Of a DNA stretch of 64,000 bases, positions 35,562-45,712 are shown in pieces (the first letter of the stretch is position 1; each line of letters begins with the position of its first letter). The notes beneath the pieces were generated by a model. That model searched no databases and had not been told where the DNA came from. It was given only the letters and a program-made list of their open reading frames with translations. The stretch covers positions 31,046-95,045 of the forward strand of contig CBDBGD010000006.1 in NCBI GenBank assembly GCA_965205235.1. The letters run 5' to 3'. The stretch comes from Dehalococcoidia bacterium. Lineage in GTDB: Bacteria; Chloroflexota; Dehalococcoidia; Lucifugimonadales; UBA1127. A program made the position numbers and the translations under genes.

Positions 35562-36716
35562 CTACCCGTGCGCGCGCCCCAGGAGGTGGCGGGCGATGAC
35601 CATGCGCTGCACCTCCGAGGTGCCTTCGTAGATCTCCATGACCTTTGCGTCCCGGTACAGCCGCTCCACGGTCGCGGGCTTGAAGTAGCCAAGGCCGCCG
35701 TGGACCTGCACCGCCTCGTTGCTAACCGCGGTGGCCACGCCGGAGGCGTAGAACTTGGCCATGGACGCCTCCTTGATGAAGGGCAAGCCCGCATCCCGTC
35801 GCACGGCGGCGTTTCGCACCAGGAGGCGCGCCGCCTCCACCTGCGTGGCCATCTCGGCGAGCTTGAACTGGATGGCCTGGTGGTCGGCGATGGGGACGCC
35901 GAAGGACTTGCGCTCCTGGGCGTAGCTGGTCGCCGCTTCGAGCGCGCCCTGGGCAATGCCGACCGCCTGGGCCGCGATGCCGATGCGGCTGGCGTTCAGC
36001 GTGTTCATGGCGACCTTGAAGCCTGCGCCCTCGTCGCCCATGCGGTTCTCGGCAGGAACGGGCACGTCCTGGAAGAAGACCTGGGCGGTGTCGGAGGCGC
36101 GCATGCCCATCTTGCTGCCCAGCGACTGGGCGTCGACGCCGCCGAAGGCGCGCTCGACGATGAAGGCCGTGACGCCGCGGGAGCGCTTGGACGGGTCCTG
36201 GGTGGCGTAGACGACAAAGGTGTCGGCGTAGTCGCCGTTGGTGATGAAGGTCTTGCTGCCGTTGATGACGTACGTGCCGTCGTCGCGCCGGGCGGAGGTC
36301 TCCATCGACACGGCGTCGCTGCCCACGGCGGGCTCGGAGAGGCAGAAGGCGCCCAGCTTCTCGCCGCTCAGGAGCGCGGGGAGGTACTTCTCCTTCTGCT
36401 CATGGCTGGCAAAGCTGTGGATGTTCTGGATGGCCAGGGAGGTGTGCGCGATGTAGGTGAGGCTGGTGGCGCCACAGCACCGTGCCAGCTCCTCGATGAG
36501 GATGGCGAGATGGCGGGACCCGCCGCCGCTCCCACCGTACTCCGGGTCGACGCCGACGCCGTAGAGGCCCAGCTCGGCCATGGCCTTGACGGCGCCCCAG
36601 GGGAAATCGTGCGTGGTATCCAGCTCATCGGCCTTGGGTGCGAGCTCCTTCTCCGCGTAGTCGCGGACCATGTTCTGGAGCAGCCTTTCCTCTTCTGACA
36701 GCAGCAGCTCGGTCAC
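35562..36716 (-). CDS. acyl-CoA dehydrogenase
   Basis: 384 aa with the canonical ACAD pattern (LSEPAVGSDA, GSKTFITNG, QVHGGLGY, YEGTSEVQR). GTG start has GGAGG 7 nt upstream. Confidence 0.92.
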   Translation of the reverse strand: MTELLLSEEERLLQNMVRDYAEKELAPKADELDTTHDFPWGAVKAMAELGLYGVGVDPEYGGSGGGSRHLAILIEELARCCGATSLTYIAHTSLAIQNIHSFASHEQKEKYLPALLSGEKLGAFCLSEPAVGSDAVSMETSARRDDGTYVINGSKTFITNGDYADTFVVYATQDPSKRSRGVTAFIVERAFGGVDAQSLGSKMGMRASDTAQVFFQDVPVPAENRMGDEGAGFKVAMNTLNASRIGIAAQAVGIAQGALEAATSYAQERKSFGVPIADHQAIQFKLAEMATQVEAARLLVRNAAVRRDAGLPFIKEASMAKFYASGVATAVSNEAVQVHGGLGYFKPATVERLYRDAKVMEIYEGTSEVQRMVIARHLLGRAHG

Positions 36717-36818
36717 GGACGCACCTCCATCGATATCGGGGGCAGTTGCTGGGGTCTATCGTAGCACAGTTGTGGGGGACGGCGGCAGAGTCGCGCAGGG
36801 CCCAACCTTCAGGGCGGT

Positions 36819-37110
36819 GGCAGGGATTCGAGTCGATTCGTTTCGTTTTGCGCGTTTTTTTTGGCTGCCCCGTGCCTGGGGTGACGCGGTCCAGCTTTGG
36901 CCTTCGTTTCGGACGAAGATTGGGGCAGCTTGGAGTGGTTTGGTTCGAATGGCCGTTGGTGAGGGAGGCCAGCTTAGGTTCGTTCTTTCGTCGCGGATTG
37001 GACCCGCGGGTCGCAGATAGGAACGAATGCCGTGGGAGGGGGTGCGCAAAACGAATCGCAGCGGGTCGCAGATAGGGGAATGGGCCGAAAAAGGGGGGTG
37101 TGAAACGAAT
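36819..37110 (+). repeat. dispersed ~300-bp intergenic repeat, copy C
   Basis: ggcagggattcgagtcgattcgtttcgttttgcgcgtttttttt...aatgggccgaaaaaggggggtgtgaaacgaat. Aligns to copy A (7838-8142) and to the reverse complement of copy B. Confidence 0.8.
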
Positions 37111-37147
37111 GCCAGATAGGGCGAACTCCGCCTGCCCCCTCCCCCCG

Positions 37148-37176
37148 GCTCACCCTTCGAGGGCCTCAGGGTGAGC
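37148..37176. repeat. REP-like hairpin (CACCCTTCGA...TCAGGGTGA type)
   Basis: gctcaccct-tcgagggcctc-agggtgagc has 9-bp arms. Related modules lie at 37750 and 40661. Confidence 0.65.
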
Positions 37177-37347
37177 GGGCAGGGCACGCCCTGCACCCTC
37201 AGCTTGCGTCGTTGGACCACGGCGGAGGTTGGGGGCGGACCCTTCGAGAGCCTCTGGCTGGCTGGCCTTCGACAGGCTGAGGGCCCGATAGGCTCGGCCC
37301 CGTATCCGGTACGGGGCAGGCTATGAGCGCGATGCGTGTGTGCGTTG

Positions 37348-37459
37348 GCATGGGGGAAGGGTAGGGGATGGGCGGGGTGTGGGGAAGGGGCGGATGGCAG
37401 TGGGGGGAGAGTGGGGTGTGGGGAAGGGGCGGATGGCAGTGGGGGGAGAGTGGGGTGTG
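37348..37459 (+). repeat. G-tract module followed by a 40-bp tandem duplication (2 copies)
   Basis: gcatgggggaagggtaggggatgggcggggtgt comes first. The unit gtgtggggaaggggcggatggcagtggggggagagtgggg then occurs twice head to tail (about 37377-37416 and 37417-37456). G-runs are extremely dense. Confidence 0.8.
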
Positions 37460-37552
37460 CGGGTGTTGTGGCGCGGCTGCGATCTTAGATTCCTCGTCGC
37501 TTTGCTCCTCGGAATGACAAGTAAGGGAGGGTGCTCCTCGGAATGACAGCTA

Positions 37553-37697
37553 GGGGGCAGAAGGAGCGAGGTTCCCCTGCCTTCGCAGGGGCAGGCTCTG
37601 CCTTCGCAGGAACGACGAACCGGTGTGGTTGGGGGGCAGAAGGAGCGAGGTTCCCCTGCCTTCGCAGGGGCAGGCTCTGCCTGCCCAGGAACGACGA
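37553..37697 (+). repeat. 79-bp-period tandem repeat (1.8 copies) built of REP hairpins
   Basis: The unit is gggggcagaaggagcgaggttcccctgccttcgcaggggcaggctctgccttcgcaggaacgacgaaccggtgtggttg (37553-37631). It repeats from 37632 with only a few mismatches. It contains the GCAGGAACGACGA hairpin type. Confidence 0.8.
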
Positions 37698-37749
37698 GAG
37701 GGATATCCGCCACCCCTCCCCTGGGTTCCGGCTCGGAGGCCGGAACGAC

Positions 37750-37798
37750 GCCCTTCGACAAGCTCAGGGTGATGGTTCGACAGGCTCAGGGTGAGCGG
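37750..37798. repeat. REP-like module (CCCTTCGACAAGCTCAGGGTGATGGTTCGACAGGCTCAGGGTGAGCGG)
   Basis: Near-identical in layout to 40661-40711. Translated in spurious ORFs as PFDKLRV. Confidence 0.7.
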
Positions 37799-37861
37799 CG
37801 GCGCGCCCTCACCCGCGGGACCCTCACCCCAGCCCTCTCCCAGAGGGAGAGGGGGATGCGG

Positions 37862-39505
<1,644 letters not shown>

Positions 39506-39612
39506 GGTCCACCTCCCCGCGAGGCAGAGTACGAATGCAGAGGGAGTGTAGGCGTGAGCATCGGGAGTGTCAATTTGGGCGCCGTTTGACTAGAATGACG
39601 CCGAGGAGGGCC

Positions 39613-40644
39613 ATGACGGAGCGACTGACGGCGGGCAACCTGCAGGTGGAGGACGCGACCCTGGACCGCACCCTCCGGCCGCGGCGGCTGGAGGAGTACG
39701 TAGGGCAGGAGCGGGTGAAGGAGAACCTGCGCATCGGCGTGGACGCCGCACGGATGCGCGGCGAGCCGCTGGACCATACCCTCCTCTACGGGCCGCCGGG
39801 CCTGGGCAAGACCACACTGGCCCACATCCTGGGGCAGGAGATGGGCGTCAACGTCAAGATCACGTCGGGCCCTGCCATCGAGCGGGCGGGGGACCTGGCG
39901 GCGGTGCTGACGAGCCTGGAGCAGGCGGACATCCTCTTCATCGACGAGATCCACCGGCTGAGCCGCATCGTGGAGGAGGTGCTGTACCCGGCGCTGGAGG
40001 AGTTCGCCATCGACCTGGTCATCGGCAAGGGGCCGGGGGCGCGGAGCATGCGGCTGCGGCTCAAGCCGTTCACGCTGGTGGGGGCGACGACCCGCTACGC
40101 GATGATGAGCGCGCCGCTCCGGGACCGTTTCGGCGCGGTGTACCGGCTGGACTTCTACAGCGCGGAGGAGGCGCAACTCATCCTGCAACGGTCGGCGCGC
40201 ATCATGGGGGTGGAAGCGGAGGAGGAGGGGCTGGGGGAGATCGCACGGCGCTCGCGTGGGACGCCTCGGGTGGCGAACCGCCTATTGCGCCGAGTGCGGG
40301 ACTTCGCACAGGTGCGCGCCGACGGGAAGATCACCCGCGACGTGGCGCTGGAGGCGCTGGCGATGCTGGAGGTGGACTCGCTGGGCCTGGACGAGGTGGA
40401 CCACAAGGTGCTTCGGGCGATCGTGGAGAAGTTCGACGGCGGGCCCGTGGGGCTGGAGACGGTGGCGGCGGCTATCAGCGAGGAGGCGGACACCGTGATG
40501 GACGTGTACGAGCCGTACCTGCTGCAGCTTGGCTTCGTCGAGCGGACGCCGCGGGGGCGGACGGCGACGCGCCACGCCTACGAGCACCTGGGCGTGCCCT
40601 ACAACCGTCGAGAGACGGAGACGCCGCAGAAAAAGCTGTTCTAG
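39613..40644 (+). CDS. ruvB: Holliday junction branch-migration helicase RuvB
   Basis: ATG 39613 follows GAGGAGGG. Contains [13 protein letters not shown], Walker [12 protein letters not shown], Walker B FIDEIHRL and [15 protein letters not shown]. Confidence 0.95.
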   Translation: MTERLTAGNLQVEDATLDRTLRPRRLEEYVGQERVKENLRIGVDAARMRGEPLDHTLLYGPPGLGKTTLAHILGQEMGVNVKITSGPAIERAGDLAAVLTSLEQADILFIDEIHRLSRIVEEVLYPALEEFAIDLVIGKGPGARSMRLRLKPFTLVGATTRYAMMSAPLRDRFGAVYRLDFYSAEEAQLILQRSARIMGVEAEEEGLGEIARRSRGTPRVANRLLRRVRDFAQVRADGKITRDVALEALAMLEVDSLGLDEVDHKVLRAIVEKFDGGPVGLETVAAAISEEADTVMDVYEPYLLQLGFVERTPRGRTATRHAYEHLGVPYNRRETETPQKKLF

Positions 40645-40660
40645 ACGGCAGAGGCGGCGC

Positions 40661-40711
40661 TTCACCCTTCGACAGGCTCAGGATGATGGTTCGACAAGCT
40701 CACCATGAGCG
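40661..40711. repeat. REP-like module (same family as 37750-37798)
   Basis: ttcacccttcgacaggctcaggatgatggttcgacaagctcaccatgagcgg. Confidence 0.7.
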
Positions 40712-40731
40712 GACTCTACCCCACCCCCCTG

Positions 40732-40757
40732 AGGTTCCTGCCTCCGCAGGAACGACG
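40732..40757. repeat. REP-like hairpin (GGTTCCTGCC-TCC-GCAGGAACGACGA)
   Basis: ggttcctgcctccgcaggaacgacga, in the same family as 8177, 10455 and 37570. Confidence 0.75.
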
Positions 40758-40774
40758 AGATCAGAAAGGACACC

Positions 40775-41860
40775 ATGACCGTTCCGCACAATACCCCCGG
40801 CGTGGCGATGACCGTGACGGGGCCGGTCGCGGCCGAGAGCCTGGGCGTGACCCTGATGCACGAGCACCTCTTCCTGGGCGGCGGGTCGCGAGGGCCGGGC
40901 CCGGGGACTCCGGCGACGGAGGTCGCTATCTGGGGGCAGCCGCTGACGCTGGAGCGCCTCCACCTGGCGCGGGACGGCGTGAGCTTCAAAGACCTGGCGC
41001 TGAACGACGAAGCCTTGGCCGTGCGGGAGGCGCAGGCGTTCCGGTCGGCGGGCGGGCGGACGATGGTCGACACGACGAACATCGGCATGGGGCGCGACCC
41101 GCTGGGGCTTCGCCGGGTGTCGACCGTGACGGGCCTCAACATCGTCATGGGCTGCGGCTGGTACACGCCGGTATCACACCCGCGGGACATGGACGTTCGC
41201 ACGGCGGAGGAGCTGGCGGCGGAGATGGTGCGGGACATCACCGCGGGCGTGGGCGACACGGGGATTCGGGCGGGGATCATCGGGGAGCTGGGGATCAACG
41301 GCGACCCGTTATCAGCCAACGAGCTGAAGGTGGTGACGGCCGCGGCGTGGGCGAGCCGGGAGACCGGCGCAGCCATATCGCTGCACTACGGCGGCCTGTG
41401 GCGCGAACGGCTGCAGGTCGCGGAGATGCTCGACAGAGAGGGAGCGGACCTATCGAGGGTGATCTTCGGGCACAGCGACAGCTACGCGTCGGACGTGCCT
41501 TTCGTGCTGGAGCTGCTGTCGACGGGGGTGTGCGTCGAGTTCGACCTGCTGGGCCGCCCCGGCGCGCCCATCGCCCGGAGCCCCGGGGTGCCGGGGGGCA
41601 ACCCGTGGGGGCCGCAGGCGACAGACATCCTGGTGACGGAGGCCGTGCCACAGCTCATCCACGCAGGGTACGGCGACCGGCTGCTGCTGTCGCAGGACGT
41701 GGGGTTCAAGATCTGGCTTCGAGGCTACGGCGGCAACGGGTACGTCTTCGTGCTGGAGAAGGTGGCGCAGGAGCTGCGCCGACAGGGCGTCACGGAGTCG
41801 CAGCTGCACACGATGATGGTGGAGACGCCGCGGCGGCTGCTGACGCTGGGGGGCGGGTGA
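40775..41860 (+). CDS. phosphotriesterase-related (PTE/PHP family) amidohydrolase-fold protein
   Basis: GVTLMHEHL (the HxH site), TMVDTT, IIGELG, HYGG/GHSD-type ligand positions, and LLLSQDVG near the C-terminus. Confidence 0.85.
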   Translation: MTVPHNTPGVAMTVTGPVAAESLGVTLMHEHLFLGGGSRGPGPGTPATEVAIWGQPLTLERLHLARDGVSFKDLALNDEALAVREAQAFRSAGGRTMVDTTNIGMGRDPLGLRRVSTVTGLNIVMGCGWYTPVSHPRDMDVRTAEELAAEMVRDITAGVGDTGIRAGIIGELGINGDPLSANELKVVTAAAWASRETGAAISLHYGGLWRERLQVAEMLDREGADLSRVIFGHSDSYASDVPFVLELLSTGVCVEFDLLGRPGAPIARSPGVPGGNPWGPQATDILVTEAVPQLIHAGYGDRLLLSQDVGFKIWLRGYGGNGYVFVLEKVAQELRRQGVTESQLHTMMVETPRRLLTLGGG

Positions 41861-41915
41861 GGGGCGTGGCGAGGGTGTGCGGGTGTACAATGGCGGGTGA
41901 GGAGGAGGGGTCGGA

Positions 41916-43919
41916 GTGCCGCCGTTTCGCATAGCGTCCGAGTTCCGGATGACGGGAGACCAGCCGCAGGCTGTGGACCACCTGGTCGACAGCCTGGAGG
42001 CGGGACACTCGTTCCAGACGCTGATGGGCGTGACGGGGTCGGGGAAGACGTTCACGATGGCGAACATCGTCGAACGGGTGCAGCGGACGACGCTGGTCCT
42101 CGCCCACAACAAGACGCTGGCGGCCCAGCTCGCGACCGAGTTCCGAGAGTTCTTCCCCGACAACGCCGTGGAGTACTTCGTCTCGTACTACGACTACTAT
42201 CAGCCGGAGGCGTACGTCCCACACACGGACACGTACATCGAGAAGGAGACCGAGATCAACGAGGAGATCGACCGGCTGCGGCACGCCGCCACGCGGTCGC
42301 TGCTGACGCGCCGGGACGTGCTCATCGTGGCATCGGTGTCGTGCATCTACGGCCTAGGGGACCCGCAGGACTACCTGAGCTTCGTGGCGACGGTCGAAAA
42401 GGGGGAGCGGCGCAGCCTCCACCGGCTCATCCGGTCGCTGGTGGACATGCAGTACGAGCGCAACGACCTGGACTTCCGCCGGGGCACGTTCCGGGTGCGG
42501 GGCGACACGCTGGACGTCTTCCCCGCGTACGAGGAGCTGGGCGTGCGCATCTCGTTCTTCGGCGACGAGGTTGAGAGCATCGTCGAAATGGACCCGCTGA
42601 CGGGCGAGGTGCTGGCGGAGCGGAACGAGATCCAGTTCTACCCAGCAAAGCACTGGGTGACGCCGGCGGAGAAGATGGAGCAGGCGCGCGAGACGATCCA
42701 GGAGGAGCTGGCGGAGCGGCTGGCGTGGCTGCGGGAGCAGGGCAAGGTGCTGGAGGCGGCGCGGCTGGAGTCCCGCAGCAGGTACGACCTGGAGATGCTA
42801 CAGGAGGTGGGCTACTGCTCAGGCATCGAGAACTACTCGCGGCACCTGAGCGCCCGCGAGCCGGGCAGCGCCCCGTGGACGCTGCTCGACTATTTCCCGG
42901 ACGACTTCCTGCTGTTCATCGACGAGTCGCACATGACGGTGCCGCAGGTGCGGGGGATGTACTTCGGGGACATGTCGCGGAAGCAGACGCTGGTGGACTT
43001 CGGCTTTAGACTGCCGTCGGCGATGGACAACCGGCCGCTGAACTTCCCGGAGTTCGAGGAGCGGCTGAACCAGGTGGTGTTCGTGTCGGCGACGCCTGGG
43101 CCGTACGAGATGCAGCGGGGCGCGACGACGGTGGAGCAGATCATCCGGCCCACGGGGCTGCTGGACCCGACGGTGGAGGTGAAGCCAACGACGGGGCAGA
43201 TCGACGACCTGCTGCACCAGATCCGGGCGCGGGTGGAGCGGGGCGAACGGGCCCTGGTCACGACGCTCACAAAGCGGATGGCCGAGGAGCTTGCCGACTA
43301 CCTCCAGGAGATGGGCGTGCGGGTGCACTACCTGCACTCGGACATCGAGACGCTGCAGCGGAGCGAGATCCTGCGGGACCTGCGGCTGGGCGTCTACGAC
43401 GTGGTGGTGGGCATCAACCTGCTGCGCGAAGGGCTGGACCTGCCGGAGGTGAGCCTGGTGGCCATCCTGGACGCGGACAAGGAGGGCTTTCTACGCTCGA
43501 CGACTCCGCTGGTGCAGACGATCGGGCGGGCGGCGCGGCACGAGTATGGCCACGTGATCATGTACGCCGACGTGGTGACGGACTCGATGCGGCAGGCGAT
43601 CGGCGAGACGTACCGCCGGCGGGACATTCAGGAGGCGTACAACCAGGAGCACGGCATCGTGCCGCAGGGGATTCGCAAGGCGGTGCGGGACATCACGGAG
43701 CGGGTGCGGCAGGTGGCGGAGGAGAAGGAGAAGTACGACCCCAAGCCGGCGATGCCGAAGGAGGACGTGGCCCGGCTGGTGCGGGGCCTGGAACGCCAGA
43801 TGAAGGAGGCGGCCCGCAGCCTGGAGTTCGAGAAGGCGGCGATGCTGCGGGACCAGGTCATCGACCTGCGGCGCATCCTGGCGCTGGAGGATGACCCGGT
43901 GGTGGGGGCGAAGGGGTAG
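41916..43919 (+). CDS. uvrB: excinuclease ABC subunit B
   Basis: 667 aa with [17 protein letters not shown], helicase motifs and the C-terminal UVR motif ([13 protein letters not shown]). GTG start follows GGAGGAGG. Confidence 0.95.
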   Translation: MPPFRIASEFRMTGDQPQAVDHLVDSLEAGHSFQTLMGVTGSGKTFTMANIVERVQRTTLVLAHNKTLAAQLATEFREFFPDNAVEYFVSYYDYYQPEAYVPHTDTYIEKETEINEEIDRLRHAATRSLLTRRDVLIVASVSCIYGLGDPQDYLSFVATVEKGERRSLHRLIRSLVDMQYERNDLDFRRGTFRVRGDTLDVFPAYEELGVRISFFGDEVESIVEMDPLTGEVLAERNEIQFYPAKHWVTPAEKMEQARETIQEELAERLAWLREQGKVLEAARLESRSRYDLEMLQEVGYCSGIENYSRHLSAREPGSAPWTLLDYFPDDFLLFIDESHMTVPQVRGMYFGDMSRKQTLVDFGFRLPSAMDNRPLNFPEFEERLNQVVFVSATPGPYEMQRGATTVEQIIRPTGLLDPTVEVKPTTGQIDDLLHQIRARVERGERALVTTLTKRMAEELADYLQEMGVRVHYLHSDIETLQRSEILRDLRLGVYDVVVGINLLREGLDLPEVSLVAILDADKEGFLRSTTPLVQTIGRAARHEYGHVIMYADVVTDSMRQAIGETYRRRDIQEAYNQEHGIVPQGIRKAVRDITERVRQVAEEKEKYDPKPAMPKEDVARLVRGLERQMKEAARSLEFEKAAMLRDQVIDLRRILALEDDPVVGAKG

Positions 43920-43937
43920 GGGGGTTACCCCAGCGCA

Positions 43938-44771
43938 TCACCAGCGTTTCAGTATGTGGTCTGCAATCTCAATCGCAATGGGAGCACCCCTGGGATTGCT
44001 GGCTGCGAAGAAGAGTTCGAACAAGGGAGAGCCTTTTGAGTTCCTGAGCGTTCGACTACTCGGTGCGACGCGGTGAAACACACCTTCTAGGCGCTCCCTA
44101 TACAGTGATACGACTTGGTGTATTGGTTCCCGTTCTTGCTTGGGTTCATCGCCCAACAGAGACAATTGAGACGAGGTCCGGTAGCTCCCCTGCCAGTACC
44201 CACTTCCTCCGAATATGCGATCTAGGCGCCTTCCCCATGCCGGACTCGGCTCCCGGTCCAAGGGCATGAGACGAGTGACCGCGCTCAACGGGAAGAGTAT
44301 CCAGCAGTCAATCTTCTGAGTCGCGGCGATAGCCTCTACGGTTGACCAAGCCACCTCTGTTGCATACGGGTCGAGGAAGACCACGGCGCGGTCAAAGTCG
44401 CCCATACTACGGCAGAACTCCGGCACCCTAATGTTTGCGTCTCCCTGGATGACCTTTATGTCACGTCCTCGATACTCGTTCGTGAGGATGAGCAAGGCTT
44501 CCGCTGAACTCGCCTCCTTCTCGATAAAGACCAGTCGGTCAAACGGCCTGTCCTCCACCGCCAATGCTATCCGCGCCGAGCCCTGCCGAAACTCGTGGAA
44601 CTCGGCGTAGTCGTCACCTGACTCGAGGTATGAACCGGCGCCTGCGAACCCGTCGACGTAAATTAGGGTGAACCCACGGTTCTTGAGCGCAGTCGTGTAC
44701 GCGTCAAGGTAGGCGCGGAGAATCTCCAGCTTCTGCTGGGTCCACGATCCGCCGAACTGGGGAAGGGTCAT
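43938..44771 (-). CDS. tcmP: three-Cys-motif partner protein TcmP-like (Rossmann/methyltransferase-like fold suspected)
   Basis: 277 aa. The N-terminus FGGSWTQQKLEILRAYLDAYTTAL...LIYVDGFAGAGSY matches my recollection of TIGR04474. VDGFAGAG resembles SAM-methyltransferase motif I, and VVFLDPY resembles a degenerate (D/N)PP(Y/F) motif IV. The ATG lies 1 nt after the DUF5131 stop. GC is visibly lower than in the flanking genes. Confidence 0.7.
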   Translation of the reverse strand: MTLPQFGGSWTQQKLEILRAYLDAYTTALKNRGFTLIYVDGFAGAGSYLESGDDYAEFHEFRQGSARIALAVEDRPFDRLVFIEKEASSAEALLILTNEYRGRDIKVIQGDANIRVPEFCRSMGDFDRAVVFLDPYATEVAWSTVEAIAATQKIDCWILFPLSAVTRLMPLDREPSPAWGRRLDRIFGGSGYWQGSYRTSSQLSLLGDEPKQEREPIHQVVSLYRERLEGVFHRVAPSSRTLRNSKGSPLFELFFAASNPRGAPIAIEIADHILKRW

Positions 44772-44772
44772 T

Positions 44773-45531
44773 TCAACTCAGGGCTGCGGCGGGCATCTGC
44801 ATCCACGTCCGGCCGTCCAGGACCGCGTCCGCTCCGGAACGCTTGCCGCGGCGGCCGCCGAGCTGCTTCAGGAAGTAGGCCACGCGTGCGTCGCGGCACT
44901 GGTCTCGCAGGTCTCGTGCCCACTCCAGCTCCATTGGCCTGGCGGAGCGGCCGCTCTCTCCGCCCGCGATAACCCAGTGCACGGCGCCGGCGTCGAGCCA
45001 CTGGCGGAGGTCGACCGGCCCGAGCAAGGGCTCGGCGGAGACGAACCGGACGGGCGCCGGGAGCCGCGCCAGCACCGAGATGCGCGCGGCGTACTTCTGG
45101 TTCTCGACCGACGTTCCGATCCACACGCCCGCAGGCCACTCGCCGCCATAGCGATCCTGGTTGCGCTCCCACCAGCCAACGGCTCGGCCAGGCCGCTTCG
45201 TGAGGACCTGGAAGACGTGCCCGCGCTGCTCCGACGCAGCGCGCATGACGTCAAACATCTCCGTGACAAACTCGTAGGGGACATGGGGGTGGAAGACGTC
45301 CGACATGCTGTTGACGAACACCCGGCGAGGCTTCGGCCAGCGGAGCGGCACGTCCAGCCTGTCATGGAGCAGCTTCACCTCCTCCGGGCCGTCTTCATAG
45401 CCCGGCACGCCCATGGCCATTAGGCGCGGATACAGCGCGTACATGTAGCAGTGGTCGCAGCCGGGCGAGACGCGGGTGCAGCCCGTTACGGGGTTCCAAG
45501 TCTCGTCCGTCCACTCAATGGTGGATGGCAT
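44773..45531 (-). CDS. phage Gp37/Gp68 family (DUF5131) three-Cys-motif protein
   Basis: 252 aa. IEWTDETWNPVTGCTRVSPGCDHCY is the hallmark N-terminus with CX6CX2C. FVNSMSDVF, VLTKRP and FVSAEPLLGP then follow. Confidence 0.85.
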   Translation of the reverse strand: MPSTIEWTDETWNPVTGCTRVSPGCDHCYMYALYPRLMAMGVPGYEDGPEEVKLLHDRLDVPLRWPKPRRVFVNSMSDVFHPHVPYEFVTEMFDVMRAASEQRGHVFQVLTKRPGRAVGWWERNQDRYGGEWPAGVWIGTSVENQKYAARISVLARLPAPVRFVSAEPLLGPVDLRQWLDAGAVHWVIAGGESGRSARPMELEWARDLRDQCRDARVAYFLKQLGGRRGKRSGADAVLDGRTWMQMPAAALS

Positions 45532-45712
45532 TCGGCACCCCCCGCCCTTGTATTAGAATATCCGTTCTTATCATACCGGCACTGTCAAGGCGCGCGCCAG
45601 CGCAAAGACGTCCACGAGGCGGAAGAGAGGAGTTACGACGGATAGACTCGCCACCGCTCCGGGTGGGAGCGAGGGTGTCTGAGTTCTCCATCCGATTCAG
45701 GGCCCCGTCGGG

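Noticed and set aside
37377-37697. Tandem repeats that could be mistaken for a CRISPR array.
   Set aside because: Each repeat type has only about two copies (40-bp and 79-bp periods). The units abut directly with no unique spacers, and they are made of REP or G-tract sequence found elsewhere. There are no cas genes in the window.
39568-39596. A possible promoter upstream of ruvB (TGTCAA-17-TAGAAT).
   Set aside because: The -10 (TAGAAT, 39591-39596) is good but the -35 is poor. The -10 lies only 16 nt before the ruvB ATG, overlapping the RBS region. Too uncertain to list as a feature.
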